Source: Lingula anatina
Taxonomy: Eukaryota; Animalia; Brachiopoda
DNA length: 64,000 nucleotides
Direction of reading: 5' to 3'
Assembly: GCA_051362555.1 (NCBI GenBank)
Contig: CM120642.1
Span: forward strand, 30,938,001 to 31,002,000
Of the stretch, positions 51,286-64,000 are shown one piece after another. Position 1 is the stretch's first letter. Every line of letters begins with the position of its first letter. The translations under genes and the position numbers were made by a program. Under the pieces are notes generated by a model. It saw only the letters and a list, made by a program, of their open reading frames with translations. It made no database searches and was not told the origin of the DNA.

Positions 51286-54059
51286 GGATGAAAGTAAAAT
51301 GTGTAAAAAGCATTAGACTGAGTTCCCATAGCTAGATCAATTTAACAGGATCAATCCAACTCTAAGAGGTTTCTCACTAAATTGCTTTCAGCTTAAGCGG
51401 CTTAGGATTCTGGCATGTCAGTTTCAGTGGGCGTGACAGACAGCTAAGCCACTTACATTGACTGCAATTTAGCGAGAATTCCCTTGCAGATACACCGATC
51501 CACAGTTAGCGTGGTAGGGTCTGGAAATGGCTTCAGGCTGATAAGAGTTAAAGTTTATACTTTGGAAATGCCAGAATGAGAATAAGTGAAAATTTCACCA
51601 AAAATGCTTAAACTCAATTAAATAAATAAATATACTATTCAATAGAGCTGTTTTCTAAATTGGGCTGTATGTCAATCCTAAGAAGCATTCTTGTAAGTTA
51701 AAAAAATACCGAAGATGTTACAGAGTAACAGTGCAGGGCTCCTGGTGGATGGAAGTGAAAAGTCACATCTTGAAAATGCCAGTTTGAAAAATGGAAAATT
51801 AAGAAAGGAAAAATTAGAAAAATATTAGAAAAAAAGCTGCCATTCAGTCTGATTACGACAATCGTTCCACCGGTGGAGCTGTCAAACTCAACTGCATTGT
51901 CTACCTGTAAGACTTTTCTGGCTTCTGATAAAAATTTATACTCATTCAAATCTCTTACCCGAGGGGTCTAAATCCTCGTGAAGCTGTGTAAAACCATTTT
52001 CTGTCTATTCAATTCTTTAACAACCATTCATAGACAACCCGTCATAGACAAAGAAAAGATCGTTAACGAGTGCTGCAATTTTGGTGAATCACACGGCAAC
52101 ACACTGAGGCATAACGAAAATTGCTCAACTCTGTTTAACACAATTTTCCTAAACTTCTCTCTCTGTATGCACCATGCAGCTCAGTTGAGTCTCATAGACT
52201 TTATCCTCATTGTCGTCACAGTACCACGTGACCCAGATCTTTTGCTTCATTTATGCATATTGAGGTGAGGTTTACTAAAACGCTTTTTTACTACTAATAG
52301 ATTGTTTTTTATAATTTCTAAATGGCGGGGTTCGATTAAAAAATACCTCTAGTGTATAGATTGAGTGCTGAATCTTCAGAATTCGAGAAACGGATTTTTA
52401 TGCACAGTCTCAGATCCTTTAAAGACATAAAATCCAATACAATTGCTCATGTGGAAATACAGAAAATGTACAGAGCTTCTGTTGGATGGGAGTTAAAAGT
52501 GACATCTTGGAGATGCTTGTGTTTGAAAAATAATTTTTAAAAAATTCAAATAAAATTCCGGTAAAGCTGCTATTAAAACTTTTAATCTAGCTGTATAACT
52601 AATAACATGATGTGAATAACCCTATTGAAATTGAGAATAATATGGCACTGTTATTCATCTTTAGCATTAATGTTAGCGTTACTGCGTTATTGATGTAATT
52701 TTTCTTTTGTATAAACTTATTTGCAATATTAAACAACATTTATCTGCATAACTATCACCGATTCCTAATTATGTGACCCAGTTAAGAGAGCTAAGCTTAT
52801 GGGACTTCACAAGGAAATCTTATTGTGTGTTTTATATAATCTCATTTAATGGCCACTTGAAAATTAATTAGGCAAAAGACTTAATCAGACTAAAAAGCCC
52901 TGAATTTAGCTAATGATTACCCAAGGGGCAATAACATACTGACCGCCATCCATATACTGTGGCACCATAAAGCACTCTATAGAACTGCATTGCTTCCAAA
53001 ACAGAAAACAACCACACTGATTTTCCAACACAAGCTGCACATCAGTCCCATGAAACTATTCAGTAAGTTTGAGAAGAGTAATTGACATGGTTTCCTTTAA
53101 TGATCAATATGGAGGCAGTGCCCAAAATAGAATTGCCTTCAATTTTGATGCAATATTACATAGTGCTCAACAGCATAATGACCATCAATTTTTGATAATA
53201 AAATAAAAGTATCATGGATATTCAGAAAATGTGACATGGAAAGGTCTTCCAGGCCATGGAAGTTCAGAATCATACCTTCAAAATGCCAAAATGTAAACAA
53301 GAGATAACAGTACTGAAATGATTTTCTTTCTATTTCCAACACCTTTTTACATAAAACAAAATAATCAATGTACTGTCATTTTTAAATGGTTAACTAAGAA
53401 AATTGTTGACATAGGAAAAATATCAAAAGAACAGTTTTAAATGTCCAATTTGCTCCATTCTGAGATTCTGAACATAGTGAATGGTTGAATCTGACAAACG
53501 TCAATGATATAAGCTAATTTCCATTTTTGACACTTTATTACAAAATACACAATAACAGGTCTACCATCGTTTTTATATAAACAAGTAACAATCTTGTTAA
53601 GAAGCAGAAAATGTTGAAAGAATACTATTAGGCATTAAATTATTTCAATAATGAGACTGTTAATATGCCTAAGAATTAAATCTGAAGAAAAACCATTTAT
53701 ATTAAAAAGGCTAATAACTGCATTAAAACTCAACTGATTAAGTTTATTTTCAAACTTGATCTGTATACTAGTCAGAATGATCACTCCTGTGAGTTGCAAG
53801 ACAAAAGGCTGTTTGGGTTTCCTTAAAATGCGTTATCAGTGCTGCATATATGCTGAAAAAAAGAAAAAAAGCATAAATTGAGTAAAAATATTACAATCAA
53901 GCTGATTTTCGAACTTGACCTGCGTATCATAAATATTCATCAGTTATGTAAGTTTCAACCCAAAAGGTGAAATGTTTTTCACTTATCGTGTTATCGGTGT
54001 TGCATATATGCATTCAGGTGCAGTGCAAAGAAAAATTCTTTCTCTATAACAGTCAATAG

Positions 54060-54784
54060 TTCCCAGCTACATGTGCCTTGGTATTCTCTTCACAACATCA
54101 GGTAATTTCACAGCTGCTCAATTGAACTTATACGAAAGGGCACAGAAAGCTCTTTTTAGTCTGAAAAGTTGTATGCCGCTCTGTAGTAGAATGTCGTCCT
54201 CACTAAAAGAAAAACTATTCGATACTCTAAACATGCCAGTCGCCACTTATGCTGCTGAAGTTAGGGGCCTTTCAAAAATCACCGACAGATCTCCAGTAGA
54301 AAAAATCCACCTACGCTTTTGCAAAGAACTTCTAGGCGTACATTCTAAAAGTACAAACCAAGCCGTCAGAGGAGAACTCGGTAGGCCACCACTATCCTTT
54401 AAAATCCAAATACAACTTATAGAATTTTGGAAAAAAAATATCAAACCTGGAAGATAATAGTTTATTGAAACAGGCCTACCTGGAAGAAATATAGCGATAT
54501 ACAATCTTTTAAAAACATCCAATCTTACAGAGATAAAGCAGGAAAACATGGCACGGTGTGAAGGTGTGAGACAAATACTTTTTGAGAACGGCTTTGGTGA
54601 TGTGTGGCTAGACCAAACATATGATAAAATCTTTATCCAATGGTTTAGGGAAAGAATCAGGGACAGAATAACACAAGAATGGCAGACAGACATAACCAAC
54701 ACCAAGTCCAAATTGCAAGTTTATTGTCAATACAAGAACAAATATGTGAAGGAAAGATACCTAGATACAATTAAAGATAGAGAC
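54060..54784 (+). mobile_element. LINE ORF2 C-terminal fragment, truncated at the long-TIR element
   Basis: LGILFTTSGNF, KLFDTL, EKIHLRFCKELLGV, AVRGELGR and LFENGFGDVW are typical non-LTR post-RT motifs; frameshifted. Confidence 0.85.
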
Positions 54785-57700
54785 GTCCGTTTGCTTAGGG
54801 GAAAAAATTGGCCAAATCGTGACACAGCGGATAAAAGCGCCAAATTTTTCATGTGGGTACCTTTTGACATACTAAACCAAATTAGAGCCGTAGCCCACGG
54901 AAAAAATTTACCGTTTGGCCAAAAAATTCAAAATGGCTGCCAATTTGTGAAATTTTGTAGAAATATATACATATCTATGTTGATTTTTTATCAAATTAGG
55001 TATTTTCTCAATGTTTTCCAAATCCTTATTACCCATATTATGCACATGTGTCAGATAACAAACTAGTGTCCTTGGACTTCTTGTAAAATCCAAGATGGCC
55101 GCCGTATGGCATAGGAATACTAGAACATGTACAAGGGTTTTCAACTAACTAATGCCAACTATCTAATTAATTTCGTTTCTTATTAAACAAATAATATATT
55201 TGTGGTGAGTAACTAACCTTTATTCACAGGCAATTCGAGAAAAATCCTAGATGGCCCCCATATCAAAGGAATACTAAAATACACATAGGGCTTCCTCTGC
55301 CATGGAGATATAATATTAATTGATAAATTAGGTTTGTTTCTGAGTATTTTCCACATCTTTTTAATTCACATAATATATATTTGATAAGAATGTTATGTGT
55401 ATCCTTTTTGAAAACAAAACAAAAAACAAAATGGCTGCCATTAGCCATAGAAGGTGGGGTTCAGTTAATACCTGCGAGAGATAGGCTTACAAATAAAATG
55501 AAGCTTAATTTAGTTGTTATTCTGTTTTTTAGTATTATTATCCCATGATACATATCTGTTAGGTAATTAATGTCCATATTTTATCATTTTGGGGTAATCC
55601 AAGATGGCCTTTTTTTCCCCATAAGAAAACTGGTGCATTAGACTTTATAGGCACTTCTAAGGCAGATGAGGGTAATCATGATATTTTTTCAAAATACTTA
55701 AGGGTATACACTTGTTACCCACCAGATAGATATCTAAAAGTCCAAAAAGAATGTCGGAAATACCGAGAAACAAAATTCATTTTATATTGAAGCCAATGTC
55801 TCTCTGGCAGTAGTTGACTGTACTATTCCTATTGTTAATTGCAGCAATCTTGAATTTTCTCAAATAAGAAAGATGCACACTTGCTACACACCAGATTTAT
55901 AAAAAGTAAGGTTAATAAGGATGTCAACATGTTTAAACATCAAACGGCTTTATTTCATGTTGGAATCAATGTCTGAACTGTTCTATTAATTGACACCATG
56001 TGCATTTGAATGATATATTTCCATGACAACTGGCAGCTATCTTGGGTTTTCTCCGAATAAATCTCAAGGATACATACACTTTCAAAACACACAAAGATAA
56101 ACAGGATATGAAAAACATTTAAAAACGACCCAAAGTGAACTACATTTAAATCGTACTCAGTGTATCTCTAGCATTATTTGATTATGTGTTCGAATATTCT
56201 AATGACAAAGTAGGGGTGGGCAAATGACAAAAATTTTTTAAAACAGGTGGAATCTATGGCCATTTTTGCTGCTGAACACAAATCTGACAATATTTTTAAC
56301 CAAAGCTAAAGATTTATATTGGTATCTGCTATTTGTTTGTGAAAAAAGGCGGGAAATGGCTTTTTGGCCATATTTTCACAGTAAAGTACATAAAAATGAT
56401 GTGTAATATGTCTTTCCATATGTTTTGAGGGTTGCTGAGTTCAAATATGAGCATATTCAAGACATTGGCAATATTGTTAGGGTGACATCTGTATAAATAT
56501 GTTATTTAAAACAAACATATACATAAAGTACACACTTCGAGCCAAAGATAAATATAAATAATGGCCATTATGTACATGCTGAATTCATGGATTACAGTTT
56601 GGTATAAAAACAATGCTGAAAATACCTTCATGGATGTGTACCAACAAATTTTATGCTGTATAATTTTCCTTTTCTTCAGAACAGGTAAAACTTTGTCAGG
56701 TGACATCAACCTCTTACAACCTCTAAGCTCTTGACCTTGGAATAGTACTTAGTTTCAGTTGTGTAGTTTAAGAGTATCTCACCACAACCATGAAAGCATC
56801 AACAAGAAATACACTGAGACCAGAAGGCACTGTAAAGCCCCCTGTCACACTTATTTGGAATCTGAAGTAATCAAGCAGAATGAGCCATAATGACGAATTT
56901 TCAAAATTCGCGCCACATTCGTTGGGTAATATCAAATTGACCTAAATTCCAACAAGAATACCTCAGAATGCGCTTCGAACCCACCTGGAATGATTCGTGC
57001 ACATTTCGGTTGTATTAGCTCTCAGATGCAGCTCGAATGTAGTTGGAACACATTAGGAATATCGTTAATGCTAATGCCGTTCACCCTAAATATAGTGAGA
57101 ATATTTAGAATGCACTTCAAATGCCATACGAGTGTGGTTTCATTGTTGGCTGAATCCCAGCCTGCCATCAAGATGCATTTGAGTTGCATTCCTGCTCATT
57201 GGGGGCACAATGTGGAACATTCTTACAAGATTTGAAGCGCCTTGCCATTTTGAGAATGAGCAAAACATTTAACAGGACGCAAGAATAGACCCAAACATTT
57301 AGAATGCGCTTAGAATTTTAAGATACTTCAAATATCCAGGAACAAACAAGAAATTTTTATTCCGACTACATTCTAGCTCATTCCGCCTCTAGTGTGACTA
57401 GGTTATAAATGAAGACAATAAGGATATTGTCACCGTTCACCCAAAACTCCTTATTTACTGCCTTACATACATTCTTTTCGGTGATAAATAAATTTTCAGT
57501 GTTCAGTGATTACATTAATTAACATTTACACATGTCATCTTATGGGTGACGGTATAATTGCAGTTTGGGGGTAAAAACTGAAAAATCGGTTTCTCAAATG
57601 TCTGTTTTACCTGAACACCCGTGATCACTATTTCAAATCCAATTTAATGACACCATTTAGTACCCCAAAACCCTGCCAGCGATTTTTTTAAGCCTTAGTT

Positions 57701-59891
57701 CAGATTTGATCGTTGATAAAGCAAAATAATACCTTTGTTTTTAGAAGATCTGTCATTACGGACTCATGACTCCATAACAAAAGCATTTAAACCATAATGT
57801 TGGCATGGGATTGTAGCACATGCCCTTGTGGTCCATTGGCCAATCCTTGTGATAAAATCTTGTTCGGGGATGAAGTTAAGCCCCATATGCATTGCTAACT
57901 AATCTCAAAAAAGAAAGCTGTTAAATAGATGATTAAAGCTTTGAGTTGCTTATGCTTATACATTGCATCAAAAAATATAAACGCCGTTATTTCATATTTT
58001 CAAGAGTTTTTCATTGTTTCAAAGCAGCACAAAGACAGATACATTATTGAATAATTAGATGCAGGAAAAAACTCATTTTCGGTATCTGGATGGTAATAAA
58101 AAGTAACAATATCCTTAATGCTCTGCTACTGAGTGTTCTACTGTAAATATTCCCAAATGTAACTAACATTATGCTATTCTATATGTCAAAAATTTTCAGT
58201 TTCATGTGATCCTTGAACAATACTGACCATATTTGTTGTATTATTGTTTTTCCGAATTTAAAAGCCACAGTTGCATATAAACATTTGTATTTATGTACAC
58301 AGAAATGGTGATTTTGGGGTGATTTTTACCTCAAAATGACCAAAAAATCCTCTTTTTAACCCAAAATGAAGTGACCCAACCAAAATGATGTATCTATTTA
58401 TGCTCATTGATCATGAAATCATATGGTTAGACATATAAAAAGCCATGTTTGAACTGATATTTAAAGATTTACATGAGAAATATGTGATTTGAGGGAGCGT
58501 TTGGTGGCCATTTTGAAAAATCACCTAATACCAATATCAGATGTAATTTAAAATGAAAATACTTATTAGATTTGTATTCAGCAGCCAAAATGGCCATAGA
58601 ATCCACTTGTCTGAATTTTAAATTTCTTAAAAAAGCTTTCATTTGCCCACCCCTAACAAAAGGCAGACATCTTGAATTTTTTTCAGAATACCCAAAGATA
58701 CACACATACACACATGCTACAGACCAGGTATACATCATAGGGGTAATAATAAATGGAATGAAAAACATATATTATTTTTAAAACAAACCCATGGAAATGT
58801 ACATGTAATTGTATAATGAACCATATGCCTCTCTAGCAGCAATTGAAACCCACCCATTAGTATTCCTATGTTAAATTGTAGGTATCTTTTTCTCAGAATA
58901 TCCAGGGATGCACACTATTTACCCACCAGATATATATCATAGGACTAATAAGGATGGGCAAAACTTGATGAGCAAACACAAATTCACCCTGGTAGTAGAT
59001 GAAAAGCCATGGATGTGCAGTTGTAATTCCAGTAGTATTCCTATGGCCAGTGACGGCCATCTTGGGTTTTCTCAAAATGATCAAATATGCACATTTATTA
59101 CCTGCTAGATATGTATCACAGTGTAATAATAATGTGTAAAACACTAAAAAATAAACTGAATTTGATAGTGAATTAGCTGGCATTAGTTCCAACCCTTTAT
59201 AATACTAGAAGTATTCCTATTACATATGACGGCCATCTTTGATTTTCTCAAAATGCCCAAGAATACAGTTAGTTACTCACCACATACATATTGTGTGGGT
59301 AGAAAGGATGGGGAAAACACTCAGAAACCAGCTTAATTTGATAGTGAAAAATTAATCTTTCCAGTTGCCATTAGTTGAATCCCACGTACACTAGAATTCC
59401 TGTGGCACATGGCAGCCATCTTGGATTTTCCAAAAAGCCCAAGAACACTTCGTAGTTACTCACCACAAACATATTATGTGGGTAACAAAGATCTGAGAAA
59501 CAAACTTAATTTGATAGTGGACAACGTATCGTTCTAGCTGATAATAGTTTTGCACTAGTATTCCTATGGCTGTTTCTATGGCAAATGACAGGCATCTTGG
59601 ATTTTTTCAAAAAGTCCAAGGGAACTTGTTTGCTATCTGACATATATGAATAAAATGGGTAATAAGGGTGTGGAAAACTCTGAGAAAATAATTCATTTGA
59701 TAAAAATCAACATAGGTATGTACATATTTCTAAAGTATTCAACAAATTGGCGGCCATTTTGGATTTTTGGCCAAATGGTTTTTTTCCGTGGGCTACGGCT
59801 CTTATTTGATTTAGAATGTCAAAAGGTACCCACATGCAAAATTTGGTGCTTTTATCCGCCGTGTCACGATTTTTGCCTTAAGCCACCGGAC
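54785..59891. mobile_element. ~5.1-kb non-autonomous DNA element with >300-bp imperfect terminal inverted repeats and subterminal repeats
   Basis: 54785-~55110 is the reverse complement of ~59590-59891 (e.g. catgtgggtaccttttgacat / atgtcaaaaggtacccacatg; agagccgtagcccacggaaaaaa / ttttttccgtgggctacggctct). Repeated ggccatcttgg units lie at 58850-59640. No transposase ORF. Confidence 0.85.
56838..57403. mobile_element. MITE nested in the long-TIR element
   Basis: Ends cctgtcacact / agtgtgactagg; interior rich in gaatg/cattc motifs. Confidence 0.55.
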
Positions 59892-62299
59892 AATATAATT
59901 CATACTTATTTATAAGTGTATTCCTATTGTACATTTTCATCTACACATGTAGATGCATTTGATACAACGAATAAAGCTATATGCTGCAAAAAGTGAAAAA
60001 ACAGCATAACTTTCATAAAAATAACCCGATAATGCTGCTTTTCGAACTTGACTTGCATATTATGAATATTCAACAGTTCTGTAAGTTTCAAGCCAAAGGA
60101 AAAAACGATTTTCCACTTAAAACAATAATAACTCTTCCTTTGAGATTCAAAATTCCACAAGAAATACATTGTAAACAACGCATGGAAATATATTCTATTG
60201 CATTTTCCAACTAAAACGACTGTTATTGTACTTAAACTAAAATCTGTGCTTGTCACTAGGGATTTCGATGCCTTTCTTCACGGTCGTCAAGGCATCCGTT
60301 CACAATGACGTTGAGGTGTCACGCGGATTCTCGCGTTCATTCGAGACCAAAATAACATGGCGGGAAACGCGTTGCAAGTTGCGAGTTTTTGTACAGTGCG
60401 TCGGATAACGAAAAGCCCAGAATTGCACACATTGTAGATATACCGGTAAATGCATTTTGAGCAATAAGACGAATATATCTTATGAATCTTATATTATTGT
60501 TATATAGTTTTGTTGTTGTCTGCTTTTCCCGCGGTTTTAAGTAGGTCACCAGAAACTATCGCTCGATATCGAGTGACTATGTAATGTCAAAGAGGGCTCC
60601 GTCAGTTAAAAATCTATAAAAAGATTTTAACAAAAAACGTACGTTAAGGAAAAAAACAGGGGTTAACTTTGAATGCAGGAATGGGGTCGTTGACCATTGG
60701 TAAGTACGGGAAAATTGCCGTTTTTTTTCAGGAAAATCGTATTTTTGGCCAAAACGAAGAGTTATTATGACTTTAACGTGTTATCGGTAAAAGTGTACGG
60801 CAACGGCGACAGCGACGGCGACGACAGACGGAGGTGACGGATATATGTACAGACACATCTGTGTCTGTTCATTAAATGGATAAGAATTGGTCGGAATGGA
60901 CCAACATTTTCTTTTAAGTTTTCCTCGGATGACCCACTCATATTTAATGTACTTCGGTTGTTAAGTAAGCAGACTAATCGAATGATGCTCCCTTTGTGAG
61001 GTTTCCCCGGTCGGGATTACCTCAAGTTTTCCGGTAAGAAAAGAACGTTAAATTTCTTTATTTTTCAGTGATATTTCTCTAATAAGTCTATAATTGAAGC
61101 CACTGACATATTGTTTCGCAAACAAGTATATTTGTATGTACCTGTACACATTAAAGGCACATGAGTCTTTATATGAGATTCAAAATTCCACAATAAATAC
61201 ATTGTAAACAACACAAACATATCGTCATTGCCATTTACCGCCCATGGCCAGAAATGCGCAGCATTCACGGGATACGCGAGGGCGCTACAGTAGGGCTTCA
61301 CGTGACTCAACTAGCCAATCACAGCACAATAATGGCATCGCACACAGACTCTGTGATAAGTGCTCAGCCCATTGTCAAGTAGTGTTAGTTCATGGTAACA
61401 AGCGTCTGACATGTGCAGAGAAGTTTATTGTAATATATATTGTTCTTATTGTTACATTATTAAATCTAACTCTGTATCCAAGTAGTAACTATACTGTACC
61501 AAGTCAGGTACTGATGATGTGCAGGGGTCTTATATTCCAGAATAAGCCATTACCACTAATTTATAACTTTAATTTTGTTTAATATGTTATTCATGAAAGA
61601 GTTCATGAAAGATTATTTTAATTTGTTAAATCGTGATCTTATCCTTTTTATATTAAAATAATTGAATAATGTGGGTAAAATTGGTCTTCCTCTTCTTATT
61701 TGCATTTTTCCTTTACTACAAGATTATTTTGGAACAGTTGCAGCATTAAAATTTAAAATAAATAGCAATCTGAAAGAGGAAATTTGCATAATTATTAAAT
61801 GATGATAGGAATTTTGGATTAAGAGATTAGTTAAATACTGAGTAGTGATATTGTCAGTCAATTTATGTAGAATCTGATGATATGATTGAAAATACTGTTT
61901 GAATTCTTGGCCTTGCACTGGGCAGTTTCACATTTGTGCCAAGTGCTTTTTTGGACTCCATTGTACAGTGGTAAAAGTTCTTCAATTGCCATGAAAGTTT
62001 TTAATCAGACTCTGTATGGTGCTGCTATCTGCTGGTGCTATCGGCAACGAATTAGTTTGCCTTTGTTTCTGAGTGAATCTACCGTCTAAAATCACTATTT
62101 CTGAAAATATGTGCGTTTTGCTGAGGGTAGGCTAGGCATATACGGCAAACTTCTTAGTACGTGTGTACAACAGAATTTTTTTAAAAACCCTAGCGATGTT
62201 TGGTCAGGAGGTGCTTGAAGCATAGCACAGCGTTGCTGTCTATCGGCATCAGGCCGTTAGTTTGTCAATTATCACGAATTACCCACGAATCGAGAACCC

Positions 62300-64000
62300 A
62301 TTCATTTTCCTATGGCAATGGAGTTTGTTTTCTTGTGAATGACAGATGGTGCATGGATGTTAAAATTGAGACCCATTTATGCTCGCCGGACCTTGAGTAT
62401 ATTACCATCAAATGCAGGCCATTCTACTTGCCTCGGGAGTTTCCATGCATTTTCATCACGGGCGTTTATATTCACCCCAAGGCGGATAATAATCATGCTA
62501 TTAGGACTTTGTCATCAGTCATTTCGTCAAAGGAAAACTCCCATCCAGACTCAGTTTCCATTATCCTAGGTGATTTTAATAAGGCTAACCTGAAATCAGC
62601 TCTACCAAATTACCGCCAATACATTACATTCCCCACAAGGGGCAATAACGTACTGGACCATTGTTATTGTGCGACGAAGAATGCCTACAAAGCAATCAAG
62701 CGATCGAGCCTTGGAAATTCGGACCATTGCACTGTATTACTGATACCTGTCTACAAAACTGCGTTGAAAAGTGCGAAACCATTATCCCGAAACGTGAAAT
62801 CTTTCTCAAAGTCTGCGATAGACAGCTTGCATGATTGCTTTGAATCCACTGATTGGGCAGCCCTTAAATCGGACAACAGCATCCATGACTTCACTTTAGT
62901 GGTAACTGAGTACATCAAGTTTTGTGAAGAGATCTGCATTCCTTCTAGGACTATTAAGCAATACCCGAACACTAAACTGTGTGTTGACAAGAACATAAAG
63001 AATCTTATAAAAGCTAAAGACCAAGCGTACCGTGAGAAAGAAACAAATGTTGCAGCATATCGTAAAACAAAATTGGACCTAAAAATTGCCATCAAAAAAG
63101 CAAAGAAAAAGATGAATTCGAAAATCGAACAGAAATTCCAGTCCAATAGTGCAAAGGATCTCTGGGACAATATCGCTCTGGTCACACAGTATAAAGGGTC
63201 CAGACGTGCCGTTGATACAGAGGACTCCACACTCCCTAACAAGTTGAATGAGTTTTATTCTCGTTTTGATAGGACCAACCACACTCAGGTCCACACACCA
63301 ACCCTAGGGGAGCGCGTGCCGCCATTTACTATTCAATCATGGCAAGTCAAGTGTTATTTCTCGGCTTTAAACACCAGGAAAGCTCCAGGCCCTGACGGTA
63401 TAACATCACGACTTTTAAAGGAATGCGCAGCCCAGCTTTCAGATGTGTTCGCGGAAATATTCAACTGGTCAATTGAAATGTGCAGAGTGCCTGAAATATG
63501 GAAGACAGCAACCATCATACCTGTGCCAAAAAGTAAAACTGTAGAGAATTTAAATGATCTCCGTCCTGTTGCTTTGACACCGGTGCCTATGAAGATATTC
63601 GAAAAACTTGTTCTGTCTTTTATTAAAACTTTAGTGCCAAATAGCTTTGATCCACTCCAATTTGCCTACCGCAGTAACAGAAGTGTAGACGATGCTCTTT
63701 CTATGTGTTTACACAAAGTTCTCGAACATCTCGATTGTAAAAATGCCTATGTTAGAATTTTATTTGTTGACTATAGCTCAGCATTTAATACTATTGTACC
63801 AAGCAAATTGTATTTTAAACTTTTGGATGATCTTAACTTTCCACCAGCACTCTGCGATTGGATTTTAGATTTTCTTTTAAACAGAAAACAGTCAGTAAAA
63901 GTCGGTTTTAACTTCTCGGACACTATAGTTTTAAACACTGGCACACCCCAGGGCTGCGTCTTATCACCTTGTTTATATACGTTATTCACCCACGACTGTG
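62300..64000 (+). mobile_element. LINE (Rex1/CR1-group-like) ORF2: APE endonuclease plus reverse transcriptase, running off the right edge
   Basis: CSPDLEYITIKCRPFYLPREF, GDFN, LDHCY and SDH (endonuclease); KAPGPDGI, LRPVALT, QFAYR, FVDYSSAFNTI and GTPQGCVLSP (RT). The frame appears open from ~62569 to the end, with frameshifts upstream of that. Confidence 0.93.

Noticed and set aside
54548-55066. 172-aa ORF as a gene
   Set aside because: Chimera of a LINE ORF2 tail reading into the TIR of the inserted element

Overview
Eukaryotic, intron-containing, AT-rich animal DNA, probably a marine invertebrate (inferred). No prokaryotic operons, rRNA, tRNA or CRISPR were found. The left half is gene-dense and reads like a secreted/defence locus. 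It holds (1) a minus-strand secreted multi-VWA gene whose two 576-bp VWA exons are nearly identical, and (2) a 3-exon secreted protein with a fibrinogen-related/intelectin-type N-terminal motif. It also holds (3) a tandem cluster of four same-strand genes for small secreted proteins built from 2-4 copies (10 in all) of an unfamiliar six-cysteine module C-x-W...CC...C-x-C...C, which is the most novel-looking system here. Next come (4) an immunity-related-GTPase (IRG/IIGP)-like gene whose nucleotide-binding motifs are all degenerate and which carries a ~400-aa acidic insert, and (5) a convergent ~10-exon gene fusing an N-terminal TM anchor, a class-3 lipase-like domain lacking its catalytic Ser, a hydrophobic hairpin and a C-terminal P-loop GTPase. 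Introns and the right ~15 kb are dominated by nested mobile DNA: LINE fragments, a Tc1 remnant, a Gypsy gag remnant, MITEs, a ~140-bp tandem array and a 5.1-kb long-TIR element. All gene models were assembled by hand from GT/AG sites and reading-frame continuity; no database searches were run.
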